DNA of 61,352 nucleotides. It comes from a virus. Its lineage: Duplodnaviria > Caudoviricetes. The first letter of the stretch is position 1; every line of letters starts with the position of its first letter. Made by a program: the position numbers and the translations under genes. Below, piece after piece: positions 46,377-55,992 of the stretch. A model generated the notes under the pieces. That model was given only the letters and a program-made list of their open reading frames with translations. It did no database searches and was not told where the DNA came from. The stretch lies in the IMG/VR virus record IMGVR_UViG_3300032087_000329, positions 1 through 61,352 of that record. One strand, written 5' to 3'.

Positions 46377-49336
46377 TATTCTGTACCCTCATCAGTAAAG
46401 TTTTCATAATAGTTATACAATCCATTTTTAAGTTTCAACATTTGTTCTTCTCTAAACTCTGGTCGTACGTTGGTTTCTCCTTCCATTAAAGTTAGTACAT
46501 CTGCGTGTAGATTAGTAGCTGCAAAACCTACATCTCTTGCAGATTTATTTTCTATAATAGTAGTTAAATATCTTAATGTTTTAGGATTAGACAATAAACT
46601 TCCAACAATCCTTAATTTAGCTAAAATAGGTATATTGTTTAAAGGATGTAATGCAACTGATTGTACAGCTATGTTACCACCCTGTTGTCCAGGTTTAGTA
46701 GTTAAAAATGCAGCTTTTTCTGCAAAATCTTCTAATGCTGACGCAGTTTCACTTCCAAACACTGCTTTAATTTTGGCTGCTTGTCCTTCTTTTTGTAAAA
46801 ACGTTAATAATTTTTGTCCGTCTAAAACTGCTGCAACTGGACTTTCTTTCGCTGTAACGAATGCTTTGTCTAAAATATTCTGCATGTACGCAGATTTAAA
46901 CGACAAAAACTCATCTGACTCTTTACCAAAATAGTTTTGAAATGCTACTATATCATCTGTTTTAGCTCTATTGACTAACCACGGAATAACTTCTTCAGAC
47001 GAATAATTACCTATATTTTTATTAAAATTATTATCTAAAAAATCAAATCGTTGATTCACGCTTTTCACATACTCATTAACTTCTTTTACAAATATTCCAG
47101 GTTTACCATCCGCAAGTGATTTATTTAATGTAGCAGATATTCTTTTCATATCCTCTGCAGGCACAAACGCCATAGCATCATTAAGTTCTGTTAATGCTTT
47201 TTTAACATTAGAAGCAGTTTCACCATATAAAAAATTATAAGATGTTCCCATATTTTTTATTTCTGTTAACATTCGTATTGGACTAAATTGTCCATTAGCA
47301 GGATTAATCGCATTAGTAAACATGTTATCATAGTGTGCTGCACGCAACAATAGTTTAGTTGCTTCAGGATCGTTAGTAGCGTTTATAAAATCTTTTATTT
47401 TTTGTGGAGAGTTTTTAGATATGATTTTGCTTAAAACTAAATCTGGTTCAACATTATCTGTTTTAGTTAATGTTCTTACAATTCTGTTATCAAACACAGA
47501 CATGCCATCAGCATAGTGTTTTTTAGCGTCAGCCAACTTATTTAAACCTATCTCTATATTTTTTAATTCTGCTGGATTAGTCACAGTTCTTTTACCTAAT
47601 ACAGTATTCCCTTCTGCATCAATATATTTAAATCCTTTTGCACCATTATTTATAGCTATGTCGAATGCATCATTTGCTGCTCCTTTCAATAGTCCAAACT
47701 GTTTTGTGTCAAAACCTTTCATAAGATCAGGATCATAACTTGCTTCTGTAAACAATGTTCTATATGTTGACATTTGTTTAGCAGATATGTAGTCTGGAGT
47801 ATTAGCTATGTCTTCTAACATTCTAACTATGTTATCACTGAAACCTGCTACAACTTTTCCATCAGATGTTTTAGGTACATTTTCTAATAATTCTGCAGCA
47901 ACATTTTTTAACGGTTGTGTTGGAATTATTTTTCTACCCTTTAGTATTGCATCAGCTTCGTGATATAATCCAGCAGATGTAGCTCTAAAATCATCAAAAG
48001 AAGTAAGTACGTTATCTTTTAACGTAGTGCCAACATCTTCTAAATTTTGACCTGCTACAACTTTTTTGTTTAATAGTGCAGTTTCATCGTCGATAACTTT
48101 TATTAAATTTGCTAATGAAAGTTCTGCAGCTTCTTCTGTAGCAGTTTTAGCACCATCTACTTTTAACTGTATTAGTGCACCTATCTCTTGTTCATTTAAT
48201 TTAGGAAAAACTTTGTTCATAAATGGTTCGAAAGGTTCAATCCCTTCATCAGCTAAAAATCCATTTATTCTATCAGTCATGTATTTTACGTTTGTGACAT
48301 TTTTTTGCTGATTGTAGCCAAATATTTCTTCTGCAAAACCTGCAAATCTACCTAATATTTTTCTATTAGTAGCTTTATAAGCATCTGGTATAGCACCTTC
48401 ATCTAAAAGTTCTCTAACTAAAGTTTGTGTTGCTCTTGCATCTGGACCACTTGCAGCATCTACTTTGGGAGCATACGTATACGTTTTAAAGTTTAATAAG
48501 CCTCTCTCTCCTGTAGGAACTCTAACTTCTCCAGGTGAAAAAATCATTTTTCCACCTTTTAATATAAATCTGCCAGCTAACTCTCCACCAAAACCTAATG
48601 CAGCTTCTACTCCAGCATCTTTAGTAATTTCTCCTAACGTTTGATCTTGTAAACCTAACCCTGTTTCAAATCCTTCTTCTAAAAATTTAGCAGTACCTGT
48701 TGCTCCAGCACTCCCGAAGGCTGCTGCCATAGGTCCATAGTTTCGCATCGCAATACTTGCTGCTATTGCTGCTATTATTTCTGGAGAAGAACCAGCTAAA
48801 TCTGATATATCTTCTCTTTCAAAACCATCAGGATTGTCAATAATCAATGGTTTATCTCCTGGAGGTGCACCTGCTATTTCTCTGTATTCTGGCATAATGG
48901 CGTATCTACCATATTTATCCATTACCCATCCTTCACCTTTACCAGCTCCTAAAAAATTAGTCATAAACGCTTCTTTTTCTGCACCTGTGTCCATAAAACT
49001 CATTTTTCTTCTAAACTTTGCATTAGGTAACCCTGTGTATTCGAAACGATCGTCTCGCATGCCTTTCATAATATCAGCAACTGTGTCTTCCATAGGGAAA
49101 CTACCTGTGCTAGTTAATACAGGAACTTTGGAGTCCATGCCTCCACCTGGCATAAAAGTTTGTTGTGTTCCAGTCCTACCGATTATTTGTTCTCTAGGAA
49201 CATTAGTGAGTCGAGCTTCCATATCTATTAGTTCATTTTCATCTAACTGTTCTAAAAAATTTTTCTGACTTCCTGCATCCAACATCATATAGTTATTGAA
49301 TATCTCGTCAGTTATGTTTGATACGTATTCAGCCAT
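46376..49336 (-). CDS. Large internal virion/ejection protein
   Basis: 986 aa, helical composition, Ala/Gly hydrophobic segment, position in the ejection-protein block. Confidence 0.6.
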   Translation of the reverse strand: MAEYVSNITDEIFNNYMMLDAGSQKNFLEQLDENELIDMEARLTNVPREQIIGRTGTQQTFMPGGGMDSKVPVLTSTGSFPMEDTVADIMKGMRDDRFEYTGLPNAKFRRKMSFMDTGAEKEAFMTNFLGAGKGEGWVMDKYGRYAIMPEYREIAGAPPGDKPLIIDNPDGFEREDISDLAGSSPEIIAAIAASIAMRNYGPMAAAFGSAGATGTAKFLEEGFETGLGLQDQTLGEITKDAGVEAALGFGGELAGRFILKGGKMIFSPGEVRVPTGERGLLNFKTYTYAPKVDAASGPDARATQTLVRELLDEGAIPDAYKATNRKILGRFAGFAEEIFGYNQQKNVTNVKYMTDRINGFLADEGIEPFEPFMNKVFPKLNEQEIGALIQLKVDGAKTATEEAAELSLANLIKVIDDETALLNKKVVAGQNLEDVGTTLKDNVLTSFDDFRATSAGLYHEADAILKGRKIIPTQPLKNVAAELLENVPKTSDGKVVAGFSDNIVRMLEDIANTPDYISAKQMSTYRTLFTEASYDPDLMKGFDTKQFGLLKGAANDAFDIAINNGAKGFKYIDAEGNTVLGKRTVTNPAELKNIEIGLNKLADAKKHYADGMSVFDNRIVRTLTKTDNVEPDLVLSKIISKNSPQKIKDFINATNDPEATKLLLRAAHYDNMFTNAINPANGQFSPIRMLTEIKNMGTSYNFLYGETASNVKKALTELNDAMAFVPAEDMKRISATLNKSLADGKPGIFVKEVNEYVKSVNQRFDFLDNNFNKNIGNYSSEEVIPWLVNRAKTDDIVAFQNYFGKESDEFLSFKSAYMQNILDKAFVTAKESPVAAVLDGQKLLTFLQKEGQAAKIKAVFGSETASALEDFAEKAAFLTTKPGQQGGNIAVQSVALHPLNNIPILAKLRIVGSLLSNPKTLRYLTTIIENKSARDVGFAATNLHADVLTLMEGETNVRPEFREEQMLKLKNGLYNYYENFTDEGTE

Positions 49337-51291
49337 TATGGTTTAGATAACTTTAATAGTTCTTCTACTCTAGATTTATTGTCAAGAGATCTCTCTTCTA
49401 TAGACATAGTTTCTATAGGTCTATAATTGCCTTCAAGTTGATTCATAAGAACAGTGTCTGTTCTGTCTATTATCTCCATAACTTCTTCTAAACGTAAAAG
49501 AGCTTCTGCTTGAGTTTTATAATTGTCACCTTTTATAAATTCTCTAACCATTCTTCTGTCTTGTTCGGTAAATCTGTCTTCTTTTATGATTCCTTCTATT
49601 AAATCTATTTCAGCAACATTTAACAATATTTTACTTAAAGTATACTCTGCTGGGATGGAAAACCCTGTAACATCTGAAAGTATTCTTGCTACGTCTGTTC
49701 CTAAAAGTTCTCCTTTAACACCGACTACATTCTCAGGAGCATTTTTTAAAATATTTCCAACTATCTCCATTTTGTTTCGTAAAGACTTATTAGCTAAATA
49801 CGATGTAGCAAGTTCTTTAGGTGCTGTAGGAAGTAGATTAACAGGTATTTTAGCTAGTTCTGCGACATTTGGGTCATTAAGATCTAGTCCTATACGTTCA
49901 GCATATTCTTTAGGAGTGACATTAACAAAGGGTTGTCTTTGTTTTAACGTGTCTAATGCTCCTGTTTTAGTTATCTGAGTGTCTGTTGTAGCTTTGTATA
50001 AACCAGCATAGATGTTTAATTGGTCGAGTTTAGTGTCTAAATCAGCAGTTTTTAATTTCTCTATATAATCAGTTTTAATCATATTAGTGATGTTGTTCAT
50101 CATTATACCGTCACTGCTGTCTCCAAACACAGCATCACCACCGACAAAACCATTGTCTGTTTTCGGGACTAATAGATTAAAATTGTAATCAGATTGTTTA
50201 AATTCTTCCACACTAGCAGGAGTGTACTCTTCTAACAATCCTGTTAATTCTGATAAATCTTGATCTTTTGATCCAGCTTTTCTTACTAAAACACTAGAGT
50301 CTTGTCTACCACCTTTTTCATACTCAGCCACACTGGCAGGAGTGAAGAGTTTTAGATACTCGATTATTTTAGTATCTTTATCATCTTTTTCTGATAATCT
50401 GACTAAATCATTATAATCGCCTGATTGTTGATATTTACCTACAGAAGCAGCAGTGAAGTTATCTAATAGATTTTCTTTACTTTCTTGTTCATCTACTAAC
50501 ACTAAATCACCTATTTTACCAGAGTTTTGGAATGTTTTTAACGAAGCAGGTGTTACTTTACCTACTAAACTTAACAAGTCATTAGTTTTTATTTCACGAG
50601 ACTGATATAGCTCGAGTGCTTTTTCTTTAATTTCTTTTTCTAATTGAGCTTTAGCTGTAGCATCTGCATTACGTTTATTGAACATATATGTAGCAGTTTT
50701 ACCTTTAGCTTGTAAATACGCTTGTCTCCAATCTCCAGGCTCATTCATCATAAAGGTTCCAAACACAGCAGCAGGTAATGCCCACTCAGGAATGTTTTCT
50801 TTATTATCTCCATCTGTGTACATAGAACGTACAAACTCTTCTACTGCTGGTAGACCACCTGCATCAATAATATCTGATAAATTACGGTATGCATCTTCTT
50901 TTTCTTCAATTAAACCAGGAGCATTGTCTAATGCTAATGCACCAACAGCACGTATACCGTCTTCTACGTCTCCTGCTTGAGCATTATTTATTACAGCTTC
51001 AGTTTCGTCTATTATTGATGTTCTAACATCAGGAGGTATTGGAGGCATTTGTTCTGACAGATCAAGGATATTTGTCAAATCTAAGTTTAAACTTGGTAGT
51101 TCACCAGCTTCTGCATACTCTATAGGTGCAAACTGAGGAGTTGTCATTTCAGGTGGCGTGGATGGCATTCCTGGTCTTGTCACACCACTAAGACTATCAT
51201 ACTGTGCCATAGCATCTCTTAACATTTTTGGATCAGTGTCCAACCTGAGGTTAAAAGGGTCAATTATGTTTCCATCTCTATCTACTGCCAT
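49336..51291 (-). CDS. Internal virion/ejection protein with internal repeats
   Basis: 651 aa; four T(P/A)AS repeats. Confidence 0.6.
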   Translation of the reverse strand: MAVDRDGNIIDPFNLRLDTDPKMLRDAMAQYDSLSGVTRPGMPSTPPEMTTPQFAPIEYAEAGELPSLNLDLTNILDLSEQMPPIPPDVRTSIIDETEAVINNAQAGDVEDGIRAVGALALDNAPGLIEEKEDAYRNLSDIIDAGGLPAVEEFVRSMYTDGDNKENIPEWALPAAVFGTFMMNEPGDWRQAYLQAKGKTATYMFNKRNADATAKAQLEKEIKEKALELYQSREIKTNDLLSLVGKVTPASLKTFQNSGKIGDLVLVDEQESKENLLDNFTAASVGKYQQSGDYNDLVRLSEKDDKDTKIIEYLKLFTPASVAEYEKGGRQDSSVLVRKAGSKDQDLSELTGLLEEYTPASVEEFKQSDYNFNLLVPKTDNGFVGGDAVFGDSSDGIMMNNITNMIKTDYIEKLKTADLDTKLDQLNIYAGLYKATTDTQITKTGALDTLKQRQPFVNVTPKEYAERIGLDLNDPNVAELAKIPVNLLPTAPKELATSYLANKSLRNKMEIVGNILKNAPENVVGVKGELLGTDVARILSDVTGFSIPAEYTLSKILLNVAEIDLIEGIIKEDRFTEQDRRMVREFIKGDNYKTQAEALLRLEEVMEIIDRTDTVLMNQLEGNYRPIETMSIEERSLDNKSRVEELLKLSKP

Positions 51292-51298
51292 ATTTTTC

Positions 51299-52804
51299 CT
51301 ATGCGTTCATAAATGTTTGTCCTAATGCGTTAGTAAAACCACCTAACGCAGAACTGTTATAAGATATCCCAGGAGTTCCAGTGGTCTGTGTGACACTTCC
51401 TCCACCTAATGGACCAATACCTTGAGCAATACCTGAATATTGTCCTAATAAATTAGCAGGTAAATTATATTGTCCTACAAAGTTTTGATAAGCAAGATCA
51501 TTTGCTGCTTGATTCATAGCACGGTTTGCACCACCTACAGAACCAAGTAGACTTATGTCTCCTCTTTGTAGTTGACCTAAATTATTGCCCATCGCACCGA
51601 ACTGATTAGCTGTGCCCTGCATCAACCCTGCACCCTGTAAACCTAATGCACCTAAATTAGATCCTAAATTACCTAATGTGGCACCACCTATTTGTCCTAA
51701 CCCAGCTATACCACTTGCTAAATTTTGTCCTAAATTAACTCTTTGATTAGTTAGACCAGCCTGTACACCACCTAAATTAGCTAAAGCATTACCACCTGCT
51801 TGACCAAAATTAGATAATTGATTAGCTAAATTTTGTCCTGCTGTAGCTTGTTGACCTGCTAAACTTCCTAACCCACCTGCTATATTACCTAATTGACCTG
51901 CAGCTGCAGCTTGTCTTCTCTGTTGATTTTCAAAGTTTTGTGCAGCTTGTTGTTGTGCTTGTTGGAATCCACCTGCACGAATACGACCTATAGTGTCTAG
52001 TTCTGCTTCTCTTTGTGCTTCTGCTAACTCACCTGCTTGTAGTCTAGATCTAGATCCTCCGAATGCACCACTTCCTATTTCTCTAGCTCTTCTAGTTTGA
52101 TCAGCTACAGAACCTTGTTCTCGTATATCACTTAATGTTCGTTGTACAACTTGGTCTTCAAAAGGATTCATATAAGCAGATGTACTGCTTGGATCAAACT
52201 GTTGTGTTGCACCTAACGAAGTTCTAGCTGCATCTTGCAAAGTACCTCTTGCTGTTAAATTAGAGCCACCTAACTGACTACCTAGTAGACCATATGCACC
52301 TCTAGCTGCTGAAGTTGCGTCACCTAACCCTGCAAGAGACATACCTGTGCCTCGTCTATATAAATCTTCAGCTTGTCTAAAACCTCTGTCTTGGAGTCCT
52401 TCTAAACCTCTGTATCTTTGTCCTGCTTCATCTAAACCAGCTAATGTTCTATCAGCACCCTCCATCTGTAGTTGAGTTGCTTGATCTAACCCACCTATGC
52501 CTCTATCTAAACCACCTTGCAAAAGGTCTTGTTGTCTGTTTAAATAAGGCATATAACTACCTATTGCTTGATCAGCAAGCTCAAAACTAGCAGTTTCTCT
52601 TGGATCAAACCCAGCTATACGTTCTCCTTGATACGTAAATGGTGTTGCTCCAGGTTGTCCAAGTGTACTGAACTGATTAAACATAGACTGATTTAATAAA
52701 GGGAATAGTCCAGGAACTCCTGATCCTGCACCTTGACCTGCTAAGAAATCCTGCATGTACTGAGGAGGAAGCGATTGTGATGTTGTAGTTTGTTGTTCTG
52801 CCAT
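51299..52804 (-). CDS. Gln/Gly/Ala-rich internal virion (DNA-pilot-like) protein
   Basis: AYMNPF..QVV...GAFGGSR motif; amphipathic repeats. Confidence 0.65.
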   Translation of the reverse strand: MAEQQTTTSQSLPPQYMQDFLAGQGAGSGVPGLFPLLNQSMFNQFSTLGQPGATPFTYQGERIAGFDPRETASFELADQAIGSYMPYLNRQQDLLQGGLDRGIGGLDQATQLQMEGADRTLAGLDEAGQRYRGLEGLQDRGFRQAEDLYRRGTGMSLAGLGDATSAARGAYGLLGSQLGGSNLTARGTLQDAARTSLGATQQFDPSSTSAYMNPFEDQVVQRTLSDIREQGSVADQTRRAREIGSGAFGGSRSRLQAGELAEAQREAELDTIGRIRAGGFQQAQQQAAQNFENQQRRQAAAAGQLGNIAGGLGSLAGQQATAGQNLANQLSNFGQAGGNALANLGGVQAGLTNQRVNLGQNLASGIAGLGQIGGATLGNLGSNLGALGLQGAGLMQGTANQFGAMGNNLGQLQRGDISLLGSVGGANRAMNQAANDLAYQNFVGQYNLPANLLGQYSGIAQGIGPLGGGSVTQTTGTPGISYNSSALGGFTNALGQTFMNA

Positions 52805-54309
52805 TATGCCATACTCTCAAATTTATTCATTAGTGCATACATAGTGTCTGCACCTTTATCTATATCTCCATTACCAGCACCACGCACTGCGTCTGCTGTC
52901 ATTACAAACTCATTGTTAGATAACTTAGCGTTAATCATATCGTCTTTTTCTCCTCCTGGACCACTCACTTTTCCTCCACCCTCATGTATTCCACCCATGT
53001 AAAACATAGGTCTAGTCATTGCTAAATCACCACCTAAACCACCTGATCTTGCGTACACAGGTGGTTCAAACTCAGGGAAAGGAGAAACTAAACTAGCTAA
53101 AGCAGGTGCATTTATTCCTTCTGCTTTTTTAAATCTATCAGATAGACCATCTAATAAAGTACTGCCTTTTGTTATATTGTTCATTGCAGAAGCATACGCT
53201 GGGGAACTAGGATCTTCATTCACACTTGTTGTTGTTGTCGTGTTTGTTGGACCAGCAGATCCAGGTAAACTGCCTATTCCAGATCCAGCTATATCTCCTG
53301 ATGTTGGAATGTTCCCTCCAGAAGTTAATGGTCTAGTTAGATACGGACTGTCTACTCTTACATTAGAACTGCCGTCTTGACCCTCTGGTATACCCATAAC
53401 TTGTTCAAAACCTGTCTGTAATGCAAATTTCTGTAATGGATTTAAACTTGAGTATGATGCTGATGCACTTTGTAGTAAACCTGGACCAAAAGTTCCTGGA
53501 GCTACACTGCCTAAATTACTGAGTATTCTAGGATCAGTTATACCTACATTCATTGCTGCTTCAAATGCAGAGCTTCCTGTTCTAGCCATTTCTGTTGACA
53601 CTAATCTAGCTTGTTCAGCATTAAGTCCTGCACTACTAAGAGAAGCAGTGTTACCCAAACCTAAACTTCTTGCAGCACCTGAACCTACATTTTGGAAAAA
53701 TCCAGTTAAACCTGTTTGTCCAGCTGCCATAGGTGTCCAGTTAGTAGGATTAAAAAATGCTCCTACACCACTACCAAAACCTCCACCTGCTGCTCTTGCT
53801 GCTTGTGCTGCATCGAATGCACCACCTGCTCCTGCACCTTGTAGTCCTGCGTATCCTCCAAAACCAATAGCCATGTTTCTTAATATGTTTTCACTTGGTT
53901 GTGCTGAAGTTTTAGTACCTATCCCAGCTCCGATAGCAGCACCTGGAGCACCACCTATCATTCCTCCAATAACAGCACCGATTACTGGACCAGCTTTTTT
54001 TACTGTTTTTCTAACACTTTTCCATGTTTTCTTTAACCAACCAGCTTCATATAATCCTGTTTCTGGGTTTACAGACATAATACCAGAGCCTACAACGTAT
54101 TGCTCCATAGGAATATCTTCGTTTTCAAAAGCTAAACGTAAATCTTTCTTTAAGTTTGGATTTTTTGCCAACAGTTCCTCAGGAACTATAGTCTCTCCTG
54201 TGGTCGTGTGTGTAAGCTGAGTGTCCCCATTCCTACCTTTTGATGCTAGAAACTCTGCTGCTCCTAGTATTCCTTGTCTTGGACTCGATGTACTCGAAAC
54301 TCCAGGCAT
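52804..54309 (-). CDS. Internal virion protein
   Basis: GRNGDT...NPETGL.E N-terminus; GPG....D...A.LS..EFV.TA.AV C-terminus. Confidence 0.65.
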   Translation of the reverse strand: MPGVSSTSSPRQGILGAAEFLASKGRNGDTQLTHTTTGETIVPEELLAKNPNLKKDLRLAFENEDIPMEQYVVGSGIMSVNPETGLYEAGWLKKTWKSVRKTVKKAGPVIGAVIGGMIGGAPGAAIGAGIGTKTSAQPSENILRNMAIGFGGYAGLQGAGAGGAFDAAQAARAAGGGFGSGVGAFFNPTNWTPMAAGQTGLTGFFQNVGSGAARSLGLGNTASLSSAGLNAEQARLVSTEMARTGSSAFEAAMNVGITDPRILSNLGSVAPGTFGPGLLQSASASYSSLNPLQKFALQTGFEQVMGIPEGQDGSSNVRVDSPYLTRPLTSGGNIPTSGDIAGSGIGSLPGSAGPTNTTTTTSVNEDPSSPAYASAMNNITKGSTLLDGLSDRFKKAEGINAPALASLVSPFPEFEPPVYARSGGLGGDLAMTRPMFYMGGIHEGGGKVSGPGGEKDDMINAKLSNNEFVMTADAVRGAGNGDIDKGADTMYALMNKFESMA

Positions 54310-54443
54310 ATTATTCTCCGATATATGTTATTATATTCGCAGGTTATTGCTTTACCTGTAAAGCTGCAGCTTCTGGACTGATACTGTAATCATACTTAAT
54401 ATTTCGGGAATAATAAATGATATAATTAATTTTTATAAAGTCC

Positions 54444-54472
54444 TTTACTTTTATAAATAACTATAGTATGAT
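54444..54472 (+). promoter_or_regulatory. Conserved phage promoter
   Basis: GTCC-TTTACT-N17-TATGAT. Confidence 0.75.
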
Positions 54473-54503
54473 TGTGAAGTATTAATAAGAAAGGAGAATA
54501 TTT

Positions 54504-55313
54504 ATGAGAGATAACCAGAAACGTAAAGTCTATAACTGGGAAGACAATCTTATACCTACCACTAATGATCTATCTAAACAAGAATGTATACACATTGTTG
54601 ATCAGTTAAATAAGATTTATAAATGTAACGGCAGAATAAAGTTTGTTAATAGACACCAACATGCTCATGGTCACAGTAATGGTTTAATAACTATACCAAC
54701 TGGATGGGCAATGTGTTGGAAAATATTAATCCACGAATATGCTCATGTTTTAACTTTTCAGAAATATGGTTGGCGTGGGATAGAAGCACATGGTAAAGAG
54801 TTTGTCACCACATACTGCATATTACTTAAAAATTTCCACCCAAACAAACCTACGTATAGTAAACTAGCAAAATCTCTAAATGAACGTAACATAGATTTTG
54901 TAAGTTTTGATAACGATCTAGAGAAAAAAGCTAGAAGACGTAAAGTATCTTTAGATAATTTTAAAGAAAATAAATCATTCGATGAACTAACTACAACTAG
55001 AGTTTCTGTCACACCTGATGGTTTGAAACGTTATTACCTTAGAAAAACTAGAATAGATAAAATATGTTTTGTTATACAAGCTATAAAACAATCTGAATAT
55101 GCAACTACGTTGCCTTTAGAAAAAGTTTTGTGTGTGTTTAAACGTGGGTTTATACCTTTTTGGGAGGGTAAGTGCAGAAACGCTTCTTTAACTGAAAAAT
55201 TAAATAACGAAGTTAAACCGTTACTACGTACTATGCCTAAAGTGACTTTAGCAGATCTTAAATATATCGACAAACATAAACGAGGAATAAAACTAATTAC
55301 GCCCAAACTTTAG
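54504..55313 (+). CDS. HEXXH zincin metalloprotease-like protein (SprT-like)
   Basis: ILIHEYAH...HGKEF; AAGGAG RBS; own promoter. Confidence 0.75.
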   Translation: MRDNQKRKVYNWEDNLIPTTNDLSKQECIHIVDQLNKIYKCNGRIKFVNRHQHAHGHSNGLITIPTGWAMCWKILIHEYAHVLTFQKYGWRGIEAHGKEFVTTYCILLKNFHPNKPTYSKLAKSLNERNIDFVSFDNDLEKKARRRKVSLDNFKENKSFDELTTTRVSVTPDGLKRYYLRKTRIDKICFVIQAIKQSEYATTLPLEKVLCVFKRGFIPFWEGKCRNASLTEKLNNEVKPLLRTMPKVTLADLKYIDKHKRGIKLITPKL

Positions 55314-55659
55314 TTTTCTTACCACCTTGATACTCTACTGCGTGTCCTTCTTCTATGAGTAGGGCACATATGTCTTTACCCTCTATCGTATGCGGAATAC
55401 CTAGTATCCTACCATATTTGCCTTTACCTAATGACTTGACCTGTAGTTTCTCACCACATAGCTCTTTTAATCTTTCTTTAGCTTTTAACCCTAATGCTTT
55501 TTCAGCTAGATTACGAGTTCTGCTTTCTGGTGTATCTATACCAGCTAACCTAACTCTTTGTTTGACTAACGTCACGTTAAAGCCTAAATCGATATCGACG
55601 TCTATAGTGTCTCCATCTATGACTTTAACTAACGTGCAATTATAATAAAAAGGTTCCAT
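55297..55659 (-). CDS. Thermonuclease (SNase-like)
   Basis: VIDGDT, VRLAGIDTPE, GKYGRILG. Confidence 0.9.
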   Translation of the reverse strand: MEPFYYNCTLVKVIDGDTIDVDIDLGFNVTLVKQRVRLAGIDTPESRTRNLAEKALGLKAKERLKELCGEKLQVKSLGKGKYGRILGIPHTIEGKDICALLIEEGHAVEYQGGKKTKVWA

Positions 55660-55665
55660 ATTTCC

Positions 55666-55992
55666 TCATATAAGTATAGTTGTGTCACCGTCTATCGTGA
55701 CAGTTAGTTTACCAACACTTGTGTTAGCTTGAAAACCTTGGGGAGATTTAGGTGTACCTATATCTAACCAAGTATTACCTGTATACACCTGTAAAACTTC
55801 TATTGTTGTGTTCCATATAATTGTTCCTGGATCAAAATATAGTTTATCTCTCTCAGGTGTGTTTATTTGTCTTGTGTTGTCAGGATTAAACGAGCCTAAG
55901 TTTAATTCTAATACTCTTACTAACCTGTTATATGTATCTGCTGTGACTTCATCATTAGCAATAGGCAATCTTGTGCTTAATAATCTACTCAT
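55666..55992 (-). CDS. Small virion structural protein
   Basis: NRLVRVLELNL...GTIIWNTT...LQVY.G..W. Confidence 0.55.
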   Translation of the reverse strand: MSRLLSTRLPIANDEVTADTYNRLVRVLELNLGSFNPDNTRQINTPERDKLYFDPGTIIWNTTIEVLQVYTGNTWLDIGTPKSPQGFQANTSVGKLTVTIDGDTTILI

